Notes: generated by a model not told the origin, from the sequence alone. Positions 9,066-19,612 are shown, numbered from the stretch's first letter. The stretch: 64,000 nt of DNA from Promethearchaeota archaeon (GCA_048941605.1 JBHLNL010000002.1:1928-65927), one strand, 5' to 3'. Made by a program: numbers and translations.

Positions 9066-9824
9066 ATGTTAAAAAGAAACGATAAAATATACATATTTTT
9101 AAGTGTTATCTTGTTTCTATTATTAATTCAATCATTTTCACCTGTAAATGGACTTATTGAAGCTAAAATTGATCCAGAAAATGATGTCTATTATTTCCAT
9201 AATCAAAATGTACAACAAGGAGATTTTCATGATGAAATTGATATTGTTAGCTTAGAAATTAATGGACAAAATCTTAATTTAAGCCTTGCTGGTAATATAA
9301 ATGGTTGGGTGAATAATGATACAGTTGATTATATCGCTCATATTTTATTAGTGGAAAATTTTGAAATAGATTCCTATAAACAAGGCGAACTCCCATATCC
9401 TTATTATATTATTCGTTATGTAAGTTTACCTTATTATTATTCAGGATTTAAAGTTCTTCTCTATAAAATGATAGGGTTTCTTGACTTTTTGTTTTGGACT
9501 GGTTCAGGATGGAGTACAAATCCAGATTTAGCTCAAGAAATTGGTTCAATTTCTGCTAACTCAATTATAGCAAATGTTCCTATAGGAGCTTACACTATTG
9601 CTGAAGATATTACATTTTTTGCAATCATTGAACATATGATTTTTGGCTCTGATACGATTTATTATATGGATATTATTCCGAATGAATATTCACTTTGGAG
9701 CGTATCTGTACCTGAAAGTATTTTAAGTTACAATATATTCATCTTAACTGGACTTTTATTTGGAATTTCTATCATTATTATAAAAAATATGATGAAAGAA
9801 AAAGAAATAAGAAACAGAAGTTAA
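9066..9824 (+). CDS. hypothetical secreted/surface protein with N-terminal signal-like and C-terminal TM anchor
   Basis: N-terminus MLKRNDKIYIFLSVILFLLLIQSFSPVNG. C-terminal hydrophobic stretch NIFILTGLLFGISIIIIKNMM followed by a basic tail. Confidence 0.45.
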   Translation: MLKRNDKIYIFLSVILFLLLIQSFSPVNGLIEAKIDPENDVYYFHNQNVQQGDFHDEIDIVSLEINGQNLNLSLAGNINGWVNNDTVDYIAHILLVENFEIDSYKQGELPYPYYIIRYVSLPYYYSGFKVLLYKMIGFLDFLFWTGSGWSTNPDLAQEIGSISANSIIANVPIGAYTIAEDITFFAIIEHMIFGSDTIYYMDIIPNEYSLWSVSVPESILSYNIFILTGLLFGISIIIIKNMMKEKEIRNRS

Positions 9825-10042
9825 GATTAGATTATAAATGTAATTTGAGAATTTTCTCCTGGAATTCTTTGAACGTTTAATATAGCATTAATAACCCTCT
9901 AGAACAGAGTAAAAGCTATTACCTAAATTCAATAAAGTAATCTTAAAAGGCTATAAGATTTAAAGAAAGAAGAAATTCTATGAAATAAATTTTAATTTCT
10001 CTTTCTCTAATTAAAAATCTAGTAAAACATGAGCAAAACGTA

Positions 10043-10933
10043 TTATAAATATTGAAAAACAATTTCAAAATCTGAGAAATCAAAGGGTTTTAATATATAG
10101 CCATCCGCCATAGTTTCCGCCATCTTTTTTTCTACTTCTGATCCTGGTATAGCAGTTAACAAATAAACAGGGATCTCTTGATACTTTTCATGTTCCTTAA
10201 TCATTTTGCAAATCTCATAACCCGAAATATCCGGGAGTATGACATCCAGTAAAATTAACTTGGGAACACCACCTCTTATTTCTTCTATTCCTTTGGTTCC
10301 ACTTATTACGCCTTTACATTTGTAACCTTTGCTCTCAAAATAACTTGTAAGAAGTCGGATCGTGGCTAAATCATCTTCAATTAAGAGGATATCATATTGT
10401 GGATGAGGTTCTTCAGTAGCAATTTTATCCAAGATGTTAATGATTTTATTTTCAAGGAGTAAACTTTGATCAAAGATGTTTTTAATAGTTAATAAGACAT
10501 CTTCATTCAATTCGTCAGCGTAATTTTCTAGAAGGAGCTGACTAAAACCTTTTATTGTGGTGAGTGGTTCCTTTAAAGCATGAGAGATATTAGAAATTGT
10601 CTTTTCATCCATTTTTTGTAGTTTATCGCTTAAAAGGTCAGATTTTTGTTCAATATAATAATCTACACTCTCTCTAATAAGAGCTGATATTGTAGAGTAT
10701 TCCTTTTTTTCTTTAAATTTTTGCCATTGGTCTTTTGTTTCTTCTGATACATACAAAGAGATCCTTTCTTTGTCTCTATCATAGATTTTCTCTCCTTTTA
10801 ACCATTTTTTAAAACCTTCAGTAATAGAACCCCGCCAGATGGCGTATTTGTCAGTTTTTTCTTGATATTCTTTCATCAATTCTTTAACTTCTTTACTATC
10901 TAAGTCGAGTTTATCGATCTCCTCATCTGTCAT
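10043..10933 (-). CDS. RHH-like + HisKA(DHp)-like + receiver (REC) domain protein, no HATPase domain
   Basis: ERISLYVSEETKDQWQKF...STISALIRESVDYYI is ribbon-helix-helix-like. ISHALKEPLTTIKGFSQLL is an H-box. ILLIEDD...LILLDVILPDISG...LLTA...YILKPF carries the REC D/D/T/K positions. Confidence 0.7.
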   Translation of the reverse strand: MTDEEIDKLDLDSKEVKELMKEYQEKTDKYAIWRGSITEGFKKWLKGEKIYDRDKERISLYVSEETKDQWQKFKEKKEYSTISALIRESVDYYIEQKSDLLSDKLQKMDEKTISNISHALKEPLTTIKGFSQLLLENYADELNEDVLLTIKNIFDQSLLLENKIINILDKIATEEPHPQYDILLIEDDLATIRLLTSYFESKGYKCKGVISGTKGIEEIRGGVPKLILLDVILPDISGYEICKMIKEHEKYQEIPVYLLTAIPGSEVEKKMAETMADGYILKPFDFSDFEIVFQYL

Positions 10934-11253
10934 ACTCTTGCGTTCAGATTCATCATCTAAATCCTTATCCTTCTCAGTTTTTTTAGTTTCATTATTTTTC
11001 TTTGAAATTATATGATCCCTCTTTTTTTATCACAAAACTATTATTTTGTAAACAATCATTATAAATTATACAAAAATCTTTTTATGTGTATGATTTCATA
11101 TAACAATGATTTCCAATATTGTGTAATTTTTTATCTATTTATAAATGTTTTTTATTATAATACTATTGTGTCATTGTGATTATGCCCAAAATCTATTAGA
11201 AACCGATAAATTTGGTAAGATTAAAAAATTTATTTAATTTTGAGATTATATGT

Positions 11254-12126
11254 TTAACTTTTCTTCAAAATATCAAAAATTACTTCAAAATCAGAAAAGT
11301 TAAATGGTTTTAATATATATCCATCTGCCTTTGTATCTACTAAGTTCTTTTCTACTTCACTACCCGCAATAGCAGTCAAAAAAAATAAAGGAATGTGTTC
11401 CCATTCTTTATCTGATTTAATCGTTTTACATATATCATATCCACTCAGATCAGGTAAAATAATATCTAATAAAATTAGTTTTGGAATTGTATTGCCAAGT
11501 TCCTCCAAACCCTTTGAACCACTTACAACGCCTTTACATTTAAATCCTTTACTGTCAAAATAACTTGTTATTAATCGTATTGTTGCGAGATCGTCTTCAA
11601 TTAATAAAACATCGTATTCAGACTCCACTTTTATATTATCTAAGATATTAATAATTTTTTTTTCAAGAAGGATGCTCTGCTCAAAAATATTTTTTACAGT
11701 CTCTAAAACTTGGGAGTTTAACTTTTCTCTGTAATTCTCAAGAAGTAGCTGCGAATAACCTTTAATAGAAGTTAAAGGTTCTTTTAATGTATGAGAAATT
11801 GTCGAGATGGTTTGAGGATTTAATCTAGAAAGTTTATTTTTAGTATTATTTGATTTACTTTCTATAAAGGTAGAAACCGCTTCCCTAATTAATTTAGAAA
11901 TCGTTAAATCTCCATTATTTTTAGTATATTCTAACCATTTTGATTTTGTATCCTCTGATACATACAAAGAAATACGTTCTTTATCTCGATGATATACTTT
12001 TTCCCCTTTTTGCCACTTTCTAAAACCTTCAGTCACGACTCCACGCCAGATCGCATATCTACCAGTTTCTTTCTCATATCTCTTCATTTCCTCTGATTTT
12101 TCAGTGTAGTTCTCATTGTTATTCAT
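11254..12126 (-). CDS. RHH-like + HisKA(DHp)-like + receiver (REC) domain protein, paralog of 10043..10933
   Basis: Same architecture and collinear similarity (YAIWRGVVTEGFRKWQKGEKVYHRDKERISLYVSEDTKSKW; ISHTLKEPLTSIKGYSQLL; VLLIEDDLATIRL...LILLDIILPDLSG...YILKPFNFSDFEVIF). Confidence 0.7.
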   Translation of the reverse strand: MNNNENYTEKSEEMKRYEKETGRYAIWRGVVTEGFRKWQKGEKVYHRDKERISLYVSEDTKSKWLEYTKNNGDLTISKLIREAVSTFIESKSNNTKNKLSRLNPQTISTISHTLKEPLTSIKGYSQLLLENYREKLNSQVLETVKNIFEQSILLEKKIINILDNIKVESEYDVLLIEDDLATIRLITSYFDSKGFKCKGVVSGSKGLEELGNTIPKLILLDIILPDLSGYDICKTIKSDKEWEHIPLFFLTAIAGSEVEKNLVDTKADGYILKPFNFSDFEVIFDILKKS

Positions 12127-12734
12127 AGAGGACTCCTTAATTTTTGTACCATCAATATTTAACTAATTTTAAGTTGAAACCATAATAAAAGAACTATTAT
12201 TTAATGTTTTTTTTATTTTTTTTACTTGTTTTAAAACGGAATTTTGTGTATAAAAATGTAATTAAATAAGAATAATGAAGCCCTAAATATCTAAAACTAC
12301 GAATTAAACAATAACATTAATAGTAATTAATTCTCATATAACGAATCCAATTAGGCATGATTAATTCTTTTTTTTTTTTATGCTAAAAAAAGAGGTGGTT
12401 TTATTTATTTCCTAATTATCCGACAAATTTGATGTTTTCGTAAAAATGTGCAGAAGTCTTTATAACAAAAATGTATCTTCTGGGTATTGTTTGCTTTTTA
12501 TAATTTCCATTTAATACTTTTTACTAACAAATTTAGTATAGCAATTTTTGTACACAAATATTTTATCAATATTTAAAGGATTTGTTATCACAACAACATT
12601 TAAATAGAAGATAGGGATTTATTATTATAACAATAAAGAAATTTTTTAACACAAAAAAAGTTAAAAATAAAATTTTTTATCTTGTGTGTGTTCAAAAAAT
12701 CTAATATTATGAATTTTGATTAGGGTTATGATTC

Positions 12735-13625
12735 ATGGTTGTTGAAATTACGCCTCAAACTGGTTTTTGTCCTGAATGTGGTGGCAGCACAATTGATATT
12801 CATCAAAGAGGGGAGATAGTGTGTAAACATTGTGGTTTAGTGGTATCTGAAAAGGCAGTAGACATCACTCACAGTGGTATAAGGGCTTATTCAAAGCAAG
12901 AAAAGGATAAAAAAGAAAGAACAGGATGTCCTATTTCAATATTGATGCCTGATATTGGACTTAGTACAATAATTGATAGGACGAAAATAAAAAATCCTGA
13001 TTTAAGAAGAGCAGCAAAATGGAATACTCATCTATCATGGGAGAAACGGAATATGCTTATTGCCATAACAGAATTAAAGAGAATTGGTGGTAATTTAAAT
13101 TTTCCAGAGAGAGTAAAGAAAGCAGCTGTTCGACTTTATAAAGAAGTATTCAAAAAAAATCTCTTAAGGGGCAGATCTATAAATGGTATGATTGCGGCTT
13201 GTGCATACTATGTTTGCAAGCAGGAAAAAGTTCCTATTACTCTTCAAGAAATCTTGGATGAGGCTTCAATTAATGATAATATTGTGAAGAAATGCTACAA
13301 GATCTTAGTGAGAGAATTGAACTTAAAATCACCTCATATTGATCCTGTATCCCTTATACCACGCTATTGCGCCGATTTAGGCTTACATATTAATGTAGAG
13401 AAGGAAGCAATAAAAATATTAAAGAACTTCATAGCAAACACATCAATTTGTGGCAAAGATCCAAAAGGGTTATGTGCAGGAGCGATTTATTTAGTATCGA
13501 AACTAAAAAATCATAGAGTAAGCCAAAAAGACATTTCAAAAATAATTGGAGTCACTGAGGTAACTCTTCGTTCAAGGTATAAAGAATTTTTACAAAATGT
13601 AACATTTAATTTTAATGCGAATTAG
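12735..13625 (+). CDS. tfb: transcription initiation factor IIB (TFB)
   Basis: N-terminal Zn ribbon CPECGG...CKHCGLV, followed by two cyclin-like repeats (GRSINGMIAACAYYVCKQEKVPITLQEI ; GKDPKGLCAGAIYLVSKLKNHRVSQKDI). Confidence 0.9.
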   Translation: MVVEITPQTGFCPECGGSTIDIHQRGEIVCKHCGLVVSEKAVDITHSGIRAYSKQEKDKKERTGCPISILMPDIGLSTIIDRTKIKNPDLRRAAKWNTHLSWEKRNMLIAITELKRIGGNLNFPERVKKAAVRLYKEVFKKNLLRGRSINGMIAACAYYVCKQEKVPITLQEILDEASINDNIVKKCYKILVRELNLKSPHIDPVSLIPRYCADLGLHINVEKEAIKILKNFIANTSICGKDPKGLCAGAIYLVSKLKNHRVSQKDISKIIGVTEVTLRSRYKEFLQNVTFNFNAN

Positions 13626-13809
13626 ACTACATTTTTCTTTTCTATTTCTAAATATGTTAAGGGTTGAGAGGGCGCAATCAATCAATTTTTTTATATATAA
13701 TAGAGAAATTCATCATCCCTCATAGTCACTAATAAGATTTATATAGTATACACCATAGTTTTCTGTAAATTTTCTAAAAAAAGTATAAAATACTAGAGGG
13801 AAATATCAA

Positions 13810-14199
13810 ATGAGTCCTGAAATTATAAAAGGTTTAAAATACACACTTTTAGCGCAACTAGTTATTTTTGTTATATTTGGGATATTTTTTACATTTTTCA
13901 TTGATTTCTACGTGCAATTATTCAGTTGGCCAAATTTAGATCCAACAGCGGGTAGATTTATTGGTGTAATTTTTCTAAGTTTTGCATTTGTTTTATTTTT
14001 AGTGTATAGAGAATCTGATTTTGACAAGATTGAATTAGTCATTATATTGGATATTCTTATAATGATTTTAGGAGCAATTGTTCAATTAATAGGAGCCTTC
14101 CTTGATGGAACTGGTTGGGCTGGATGGTTTAACTTCGCTCTTCAAATAGCGTTTTTTGTAGGTTTATTATACTTCTATATTCTACAAGTAAGACAATAA
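13810..14199 (+). CDS. small integral membrane protein (4 predicted TM helices)
   Basis: 129 aa, almost entirely hydrophobic helices (LLAQLVIFVIFGIFFTFFIDF ; FIGVIFLSFAFVLFLVY ; etc.). Confidence 0.45.
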   Translation: MSPEIIKGLKYTLLAQLVIFVIFGIFFTFFIDFYVQLFSWPNLDPTAGRFIGVIFLSFAFVLFLVYRESDFDKIELVIILDILIMILGAIVQLIGAFLDGTGWAGWFNFALQIAFFVGLLYFYILQVRQ

Positions 14200-14344
14200 G
14201 ATGGATTTATATAATTTAACTCAAATTTTTCTTATTTTTTTTTATTTTTAAAGGATTATCTCAGTGTTTTGAATTTCTTAAAAGAGAATTTTGGGAAAGT
14301 AGATAAATTCAAATAAAAACATTAACTGGTCAAAAGAGCAGTGT

Positions 14345-15073
14345 TTAGTTTTGATGCCCTGTTCGACGAGCTGCTATCTGTCCAACCTTCCTACCTGGAG
14401 GAGCATTACGAGAAGTAGTAGTTGGCTTATGTGGTGATTGTTTTGCACCACCACCGTAAGGATGACTAGCTGCTGTCATAGCAACACCACGAACTACAGG
14501 CCATTTCTTAGCTTTAGATTTTACATAATGAAATTTATTACCAGCTTTTAAGAATGGTTTATCTGTTCTTCCACCTCCCGCAACAACTCCTACTGTAGCT
14601 AAACAATTTTCGTTGATCCATTTGGTTTTTTTTGACCGAAATAATAATTCAACATTCTTTCCAGATCTGTTTCTCACGATCGCAGCAACTCCAGAAGATC
14701 GTGCGAATTTACCCCCATCTTGCGGAGTTGATTCAATGTTAAACACTAAAGTCCCTAATGGCATCTTTTTCAGAGGTAGGACATTTCCAACCTCTACTGT
14801 TTGACCATATCCAGTTTGAGATTGTATAAATTCCTGTCCAATAAAAATTCCTTCTGGTGGGAGCCAAAGTCCCTTTTCACCATCATCATATTGAATTCGA
14901 GCTACTGGAGCACCTCTTCCTGGGGAATGGATGAGATCTATTACTTTAAATTTGAATAATTTCTCATTTTTCCGAAACGAGCGATACTTGACGGCCCCTA
15001 TGTGTCTATGACTAGGGCTTCTAAATCCAAGGACACCTCTGCCTTTCCTTTGAGCTAAAATTCGTTTTCCCAA
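14345..15073 (-). CDS. rpl2: 50S ribosomal protein uL2
   Basis: MGKRILAQRKGRG...HSPGRGAPVARIQYDDG...GNVLPLKKMPLGTLVFNIE...AGGGRTDKPFLKAGNKFH...VRGVAMTAASHPYGGG are unambiguous uL2 motifs. Confidence 0.92.
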   Translation of the reverse strand: MGKRILAQRKGRGVLGFRSPSHRHIGAVKYRSFRKNEKLFKFKVIDLIHSPGRGAPVARIQYDDGEKGLWLPPEGIFIGQEFIQSQTGYGQTVEVGNVLPLKKMPLGTLVFNIESTPQDGGKFARSSGVAAIVRNRSGKNVELLFRSKKTKWINENCLATVGVVAGGGRTDKPFLKAGNKFHYVKSKAKKWPVVRGVAMTAASHPYGGGAKQSPHKPTTTSRNAPPGRKVGQIAARRTGHQN

Positions 15074-15157
15074 TTTATTTCACGGTATTCTTTGGATATA
15101 AACTTAAATTATTTAAACTATAAATTTTTTATCTTTTTCCCAGATAGTTTTGCAAAT

Positions 15158-16516
15158 TTAGAGCTTATTATTTTTCAGTAATTCGTCGATATTATAATTA
15201 AAGGCAATAGGGATTTCTCGTTCCAAGAACTCACCTGCAAGATTCTGTAATACTAAAGTTTTAATTTCTTCTGGGTTGTTAGTCTGTCCTAAAACCCACC
15301 CCAGTTTTACATAAGCTACCTCTGGTAATAAGTTTCTTCCAGAGATTAAACCCATATTTAATAATTCTCTTCCAGTTGAGTAAACATTCATACCCACAAA
15401 TCCATGGAGTGTTTGAGTGGTCATAAGAATAGTAATTCCTTCTTGAATCGCTCTTTTAATTGAATCATAAATAGTAGTAGATACATGTCCTAATCCAGTC
15501 CCTGCAATTACAATTCCTTTATATCCTTTATCTATATAAAAGTTAATTAATTCATTATCAGTTCCAGGGTATGAATAAATTAAAGCAGTCTTCTTTTCAA
15601 AGTTAGTAAGGGCTTTTGTTTCTGATTTTGTTCTTTTCTTATAATCATTAGTAAACATCTTGATTTTTCGATTTTGAATCATCCCCAATGGTATGGTATT
15701 TATAGTTCGAAATGTATTTCTTACAGAAGAATGCATTTTCCTAACTAATGTGCCTCTATGAATTAATCCATAATCATGAGATGAAGAGCCAAGCATGGAA
15801 ACTACGACTTCAGCGATATCCGATCTTGCTACAACTGCAGCATTAATTAAATTTAAAGCAGCATCTGAGGAAGGTCTATCAGAACTTCTCTGGCTCCCAA
15901 CTAAAACTACTGGAGCCCCTAAATCTTTTAACATGAATGAGAGAGCTGCACTAGTAAATGACATTGTATCTGTTCCATGACCAATCATTATACCATCGAT
16001 TCCTGAGTTTGCTACATTTTTAACTTTTTCCGCCAATTTTTGCCAATGATCTGGTTTCATATTTTCTGAAAGGATTTGAAATACAATTTCGCAATCAAGA
16101 TTACAAATTTCAGCCAATTCCGGTACAGCACTGAATAATTCTCCGGGAGTAAAAGAAGGAATTACTGCTCCTGTAGTATAGTCTAATCTCGAGGCAACAG
16201 TTCCACCCGTTCCTAATAATTTAAGATTAGGGAGATTTTTATTATTGGGAAATTCTTTTTCTGGAATTTTATATGAAGCTTCTCGTTTTCCTAATTTTTT
16301 AATTTCTTTTATTTCATTAGTATTAATTCCAATATTATAGTTATTACTCAACTTAAGATTGATGAAATTTGGAGCCGAATATTCATTTCTTGGCAATATT
16401 ATTCCTTCATAATCTGTTCTTTCAGTTTTTATTTGCACTATGTCCCAAATTTCTATATTATTCTTTTCCAATAACTTTCTTCCTTCCTTTTTATAACCTT
16501 TTAACTTTTCACTCAT
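15158..16516 (-). CDS. gatD: Glu-tRNA(Gln) amidotransferase subunit D (asparaginase-like)
   Basis: LLGTGGTVASRLDYTTGAV...IGHGTDTMSFTSAALSF asparaginase-family motifs. Abuts gatE with zero spacing. Confidence 0.9.
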   Translation of the reverse strand: MSEKLKGYKKEGRKLLEKNNIEIWDIVQIKTERTDYEGIILPRNEYSAPNFINLKLSNNYNIGINTNEIKEIKKLGKREASYKIPEKEFPNNKNLPNLKLLGTGGTVASRLDYTTGAVIPSFTPGELFSAVPELAEICNLDCEIVFQILSENMKPDHWQKLAEKVKNVANSGIDGIMIGHGTDTMSFTSAALSFMLKDLGAPVVLVGSQRSSDRPSSDAALNLINAAVVARSDIAEVVVSMLGSSSHDYGLIHRGTLVRKMHSSVRNTFRTINTIPLGMIQNRKIKMFTNDYKKRTKSETKALTNFEKKTALIYSYPGTDNELINFYIDKGYKGIVIAGTGLGHVSTTIYDSIKRAIQEGITILMTTQTLHGFVGMNVYSTGRELLNMGLISGRNLLPEVAYVKLGWVLGQTNNPEEIKTLVLQNLAGEFLEREIPIAFNYNIDELLKNNKL

Positions 16517-18436
16517 TTATTTCATCTCCTTTAATTTCTCCTTAATTAAATTATCTAATTCTTTAGAAACAACAGCTCCATCAATCTTTCCTCTTACTTT
16601 TTTCATTATTTCTCCCATTAGAGGTCCTTTTGCTCTCATTTCTTTTTCTTTTATCATCTCAAAGTTATTATTTATGATTTCTTTTATTAATTGTTTAAGA
16701 TCCTGAACTGAAATACTTTCAATCTTTAATTTCATTTTAATCTGATCAATAGAGAGTTCAAGAGAATCAGCTTTGAGAATCATAATTTCTTCTATGGCTT
16801 CCTTACTAATTTGATTTTTCTTTAAAAGAGTAAAAATTTCAATAAAGTTATCATCAGAAATGTTTTCTATGTTTTTTCCGTCTCTTCTAAGAGCAGTTGT
16901 CGTTTCTAAAAGAGTTGTGAAGATTAATGATGGATTATCAGGATATAATTTTATTAAATCATCAAACAACTTGAGTTTTCCTGTAAAAATCAGGTCTTTT
17001 ATCAATCTTTCTTCTGCTTTATATTTTTTAGCATACTCTTTTATAATTATCCATGGATATTTTGGGAGTTTTTTTCTTATTTCACTTATTTCTTCTTCAT
17101 TGTTAAAGATAGCTTCTGTATCTGTATCAGGATATAACCTCGCGCCCCCATGAAGTTCTCTTAAAAATTCTGTCTTTCCATCCTCAAGAGCTCTTCTAGT
17201 CTCAGGAGGAACACCGTTAAAAGCATATTTTACTCGATTAATGATAACATCCATTGCTGTATTTAATTCTTTTTTGGAGCCTAAAATTAATACAAAGCAA
17301 TCAGATTCTTTAGTAACTAATTTATCTTTGATCTTTTTTATTTCTTCTTTTGAAAAATTATAATTATTTAGGTCTTCATCGGAATGAATTATACCTTTTA
17401 AACCAGAGATTAATTTTACTTTGCTACTAAGTTCTGTACCAAATCGATAATTTTCCATTAATTCTTTTCCAAATACCCCCTTAAATCCACCGAAATTTAT
17501 TCCATATAGTAATTTTCCTGATTTAATACCTTTAGCTATAAAATTAGATTTAGTTTTAGAGAGAATATCAGTTAAATCTACAAAGCTCTTTTTAATGTCT
17601 GTCTCATTTAATTTTCTTTTGGTTAGTTCTTCCTTAATTTCAAGAAGTTTTAATTGACGTGAAATTTCATGATTGATTAATATAGGAATTAATCCTAATT
17701 TCTGAACTCCTTTTATTTCAATTCTAGTTCCTGCTGTAATACTCACATTAACATCTTGTCTAATTGATCCTAGTACTTTTTTTACATTTGTGGACCATAA
17801 TAATAATCCTATTCTTTCAGCACATTCCCTACATTCTTCAGGTGTATTTATATCAGGTTTTGTTGTTACCTCTACTAATGGAATTCCTAATCGATCTAAT
17901 CGAAAATAATTAGTTTTATTTTCTGTTTTAATTTTTCTTGCAGCTTCCTCCTCCAAACTTAAGATTTCTATTCGAACTTTTTTACCACTTTCTAAAGGAA
18001 TTGCACCATCGGTCCCTAAAATCATCGTTCGTTGAAAACCACAAGGAACACTTCCATCAAGGTAATTTTTTCTACATACATGCATTTCTTCAATAATATT
18101 TGCATTAACAAGCATAGCAATTTGTAAAGCAATTTTTCTTGCTTCATCATTGCAAGAAAATGGTGGAGTATCATCGAGTTCATAGGTGCATACTACATCA
18201 TTATATCCTTCATAGATAATTCCCATTCCCTTCTCGTATTCTGTTATCATTGCTTTATCATAAGTACCCATTTCACCCAAAACTGGACGCATTGCTCGTT
18301 CTATTGTGAAATCTGGTTCGCGAGTTCCCTGTAGTTTAGCGGGACACCTACAAAATAATTTTTTTTCGGTATCAAGTTGTTGGTGAATCTCAAGTCCACA
18401 TTTAAGGCCTAGTTTTTCATAATCAAATTCGTTCAT
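16517..18436 (-). CDS. gatE: Glu-tRNA(Gln) amidotransferase subunit E
   Basis: GLKCGLEIHQQLDT..KLFCRCP N-terminus and GatB/E-type body with insertion domain. Paired with gatD. Confidence 0.9.
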   Translation of the reverse strand: MNEFDYEKLGLKCGLEIHQQLDTEKKLFCRCPAKLQGTREPDFTIERAMRPVLGEMGTYDKAMITEYEKGMGIIYEGYNDVVCTYELDDTPPFSCNDEARKIALQIAMLVNANIIEEMHVCRKNYLDGSVPCGFQRTMILGTDGAIPLESGKKVRIEILSLEEEAARKIKTENKTNYFRLDRLGIPLVEVTTKPDINTPEECRECAERIGLLLWSTNVKKVLGSIRQDVNVSITAGTRIEIKGVQKLGLIPILINHEISRQLKLLEIKEELTKRKLNETDIKKSFVDLTDILSKTKSNFIAKGIKSGKLLYGINFGGFKGVFGKELMENYRFGTELSSKVKLISGLKGIIHSDEDLNNYNFSKEEIKKIKDKLVTKESDCFVLILGSKKELNTAMDVIINRVKYAFNGVPPETRRALEDGKTEFLRELHGGARLYPDTDTEAIFNNEEEISEIRKKLPKYPWIIIKEYAKKYKAEERLIKDLIFTGKLKLFDDLIKLYPDNPSLIFTTLLETTTALRRDGKNIENISDDNFIEIFTLLKKNQISKEAIEEIMILKADSLELSIDQIKMKLKIESISVQDLKQLIKEIINNNFEMIKEKEMRAKGPLMGEIMKKVRGKIDGAVVSKELDNLIKEKLKEMK

Positions 18437-18510
18437 ATTAATCGAATTTTAATTTAAATTTTAGTCAAATACTATTAAGAGTGAATTAATAAATCTTATA
18501 TTAATTTTCA

Positions 18511-18523
18511 AAAAAGGTTTAGG
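18511..18523. repeat. 13-nt direct repeat AAAAAGGTTTAGG, left copy
   Basis: Identical 13-mer at 24217..24229. Similarity extends to about 20 of 25 nt. Lies just 3' of the stop of 18539..19612 on the minus strand. Confidence 0.6.
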
Positions 18524-18538
18524 ATATTTTAATATAGG

Positions 18539-19612
18539 TTATTTTAAATAATAAATGCCATTGTTTTGAGTAATCTCAGTATGCTCTGAAAGATAATCTA
18601 TTAACATTTGTTTTTGCTTAATATTTTTTTCTATAGTTAGGTCAATTCGAAATGATAGATCTTTAAGGTTCTCAATTCTAATCCAATGCAATTTGTTAAA
18701 GAATTGCATTATTTTACTAAGAAAGTCTTCTTGTGTGCCAAATTTTTGCAAATCTTTTTCTATTGTTTTAATCCATTTATTAAAAGCAGTTTTAGTTTTA
18801 AAACTTATAAATATTTCATTATCTTCTGCTAAATTCATCCATAAATATTTATCTTTATCCTCAAGTACTCTATTGTAATTTACCATAAAATCGACGTTTT
18901 CTTTTATCAGTTTTAATCGTTCTTTCTTAGCTAATTCCTTTTTAAATAATAGATCTGTTTCTATAAGATCTAATCTGCAATAATAACCTGCTGGAGAATA
19001 AATAAAATCAGTTACTCTGACCCCTAGTATACCAAAAACAGCTGCAAAAAATTTGCAATTTTCAAAATGCAGATTTTTAAATTTTCCAATAAATTCTAAA
19101 ATCGCTTTGGCAGGTCTATTATCTTTAGAAGGAATTATTTCCAATTGCATATCTTTAGATACCGTAGTAGTGGCATATCTACTTCTTATCTTTTCAAAAA
19201 ATAATTTAGCATCTTTAAAATTATTAGTTTTAACCTCTTTATTGAAGAAATCTCGATACATTAATAAAAATCGTGTGTTAAATTCAAATGAAAAATGTGT
19301 ATATTTATTAGGTTCAATTGCCATTTCATAAAGTGGAATTGTTGCTTTAAAAGTGAATCGATCGAAGAAATCCTTAATCTTTTTATCTTCTACTCTCTTA
19401 AAGTCATCAATTGTTTTTCCTTCTTCAAATAATTTCAATATATTTTCTATAATATAATTGTAAAAACTTGAAATACTTTTATATCTCTCATCATTAGGGT
19501 TTTTCATGTGTTTCACATTTACATATCTTTTCACCCATTCTTTAATAGCTGGAGATGTTGAAATGGTTTGTTGAGTTGTTCTCTTATTTGATAAATATTT
19601 TTTTGGAGACAT
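18539..19612 (-). CDS. hypothetical protein, family A paralog 1 (N-terminal RHH-like segment)
   Basis: Collinear similarity to 22985..24070 (TTQQTISTSPAIKEWVKRYV / ITQQTISISPALKDRIEKYV; KSISSFYNYIIE / KSISAFYNYVLE; FENCKFFAAVFGILG / FENCKYNAALFGLLG; FFNKLHWIRIE / FFEKLHWIEIE). Confidence 0.55.
   Translation of the reverse strand: MSPKKYLSNKRTTQQTISTSPAIKEWVKRYVNVKHMKNPNDERYKSISSFYNYIIENILKLFEEGKTIDDFKRVEDKKIKDFFDRFTFKATIPLYEMAIEPNKYTHFSFEFNTRFLLMYRDFFNKEVKTNNFKDAKLFFEKIRSRYATTTVSKDMQLEIIPSKDNRPAKAILEFIGKFKNLHFENCKFFAAVFGILGVRVTDFIYSPAGYYCRLDLIETDLLFKKELAKKERLKLIKENVDFMVNYNRVLEDKDKYLWMNLAEDNEIFISFKTKTAFNKWIKTIEKDLQKFGTQEDFLSKIMQFFNKLHWIRIENLKDLSFRIDLTIEKNIKQKQMLIDYLSEHTEITQNNGIYYLK

Noticed and set aside
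7544-12126. A possible integrated mobile element or provirus at the tRNA cluster (four tRNAs, a gene remnant, duplicated regulators).
   Set aside because: No integrase, transposase, terminal inverted repeats or tRNA-fragment direct repeat could be found by eye. Local duplication and decay of a paralog family explains the observations.
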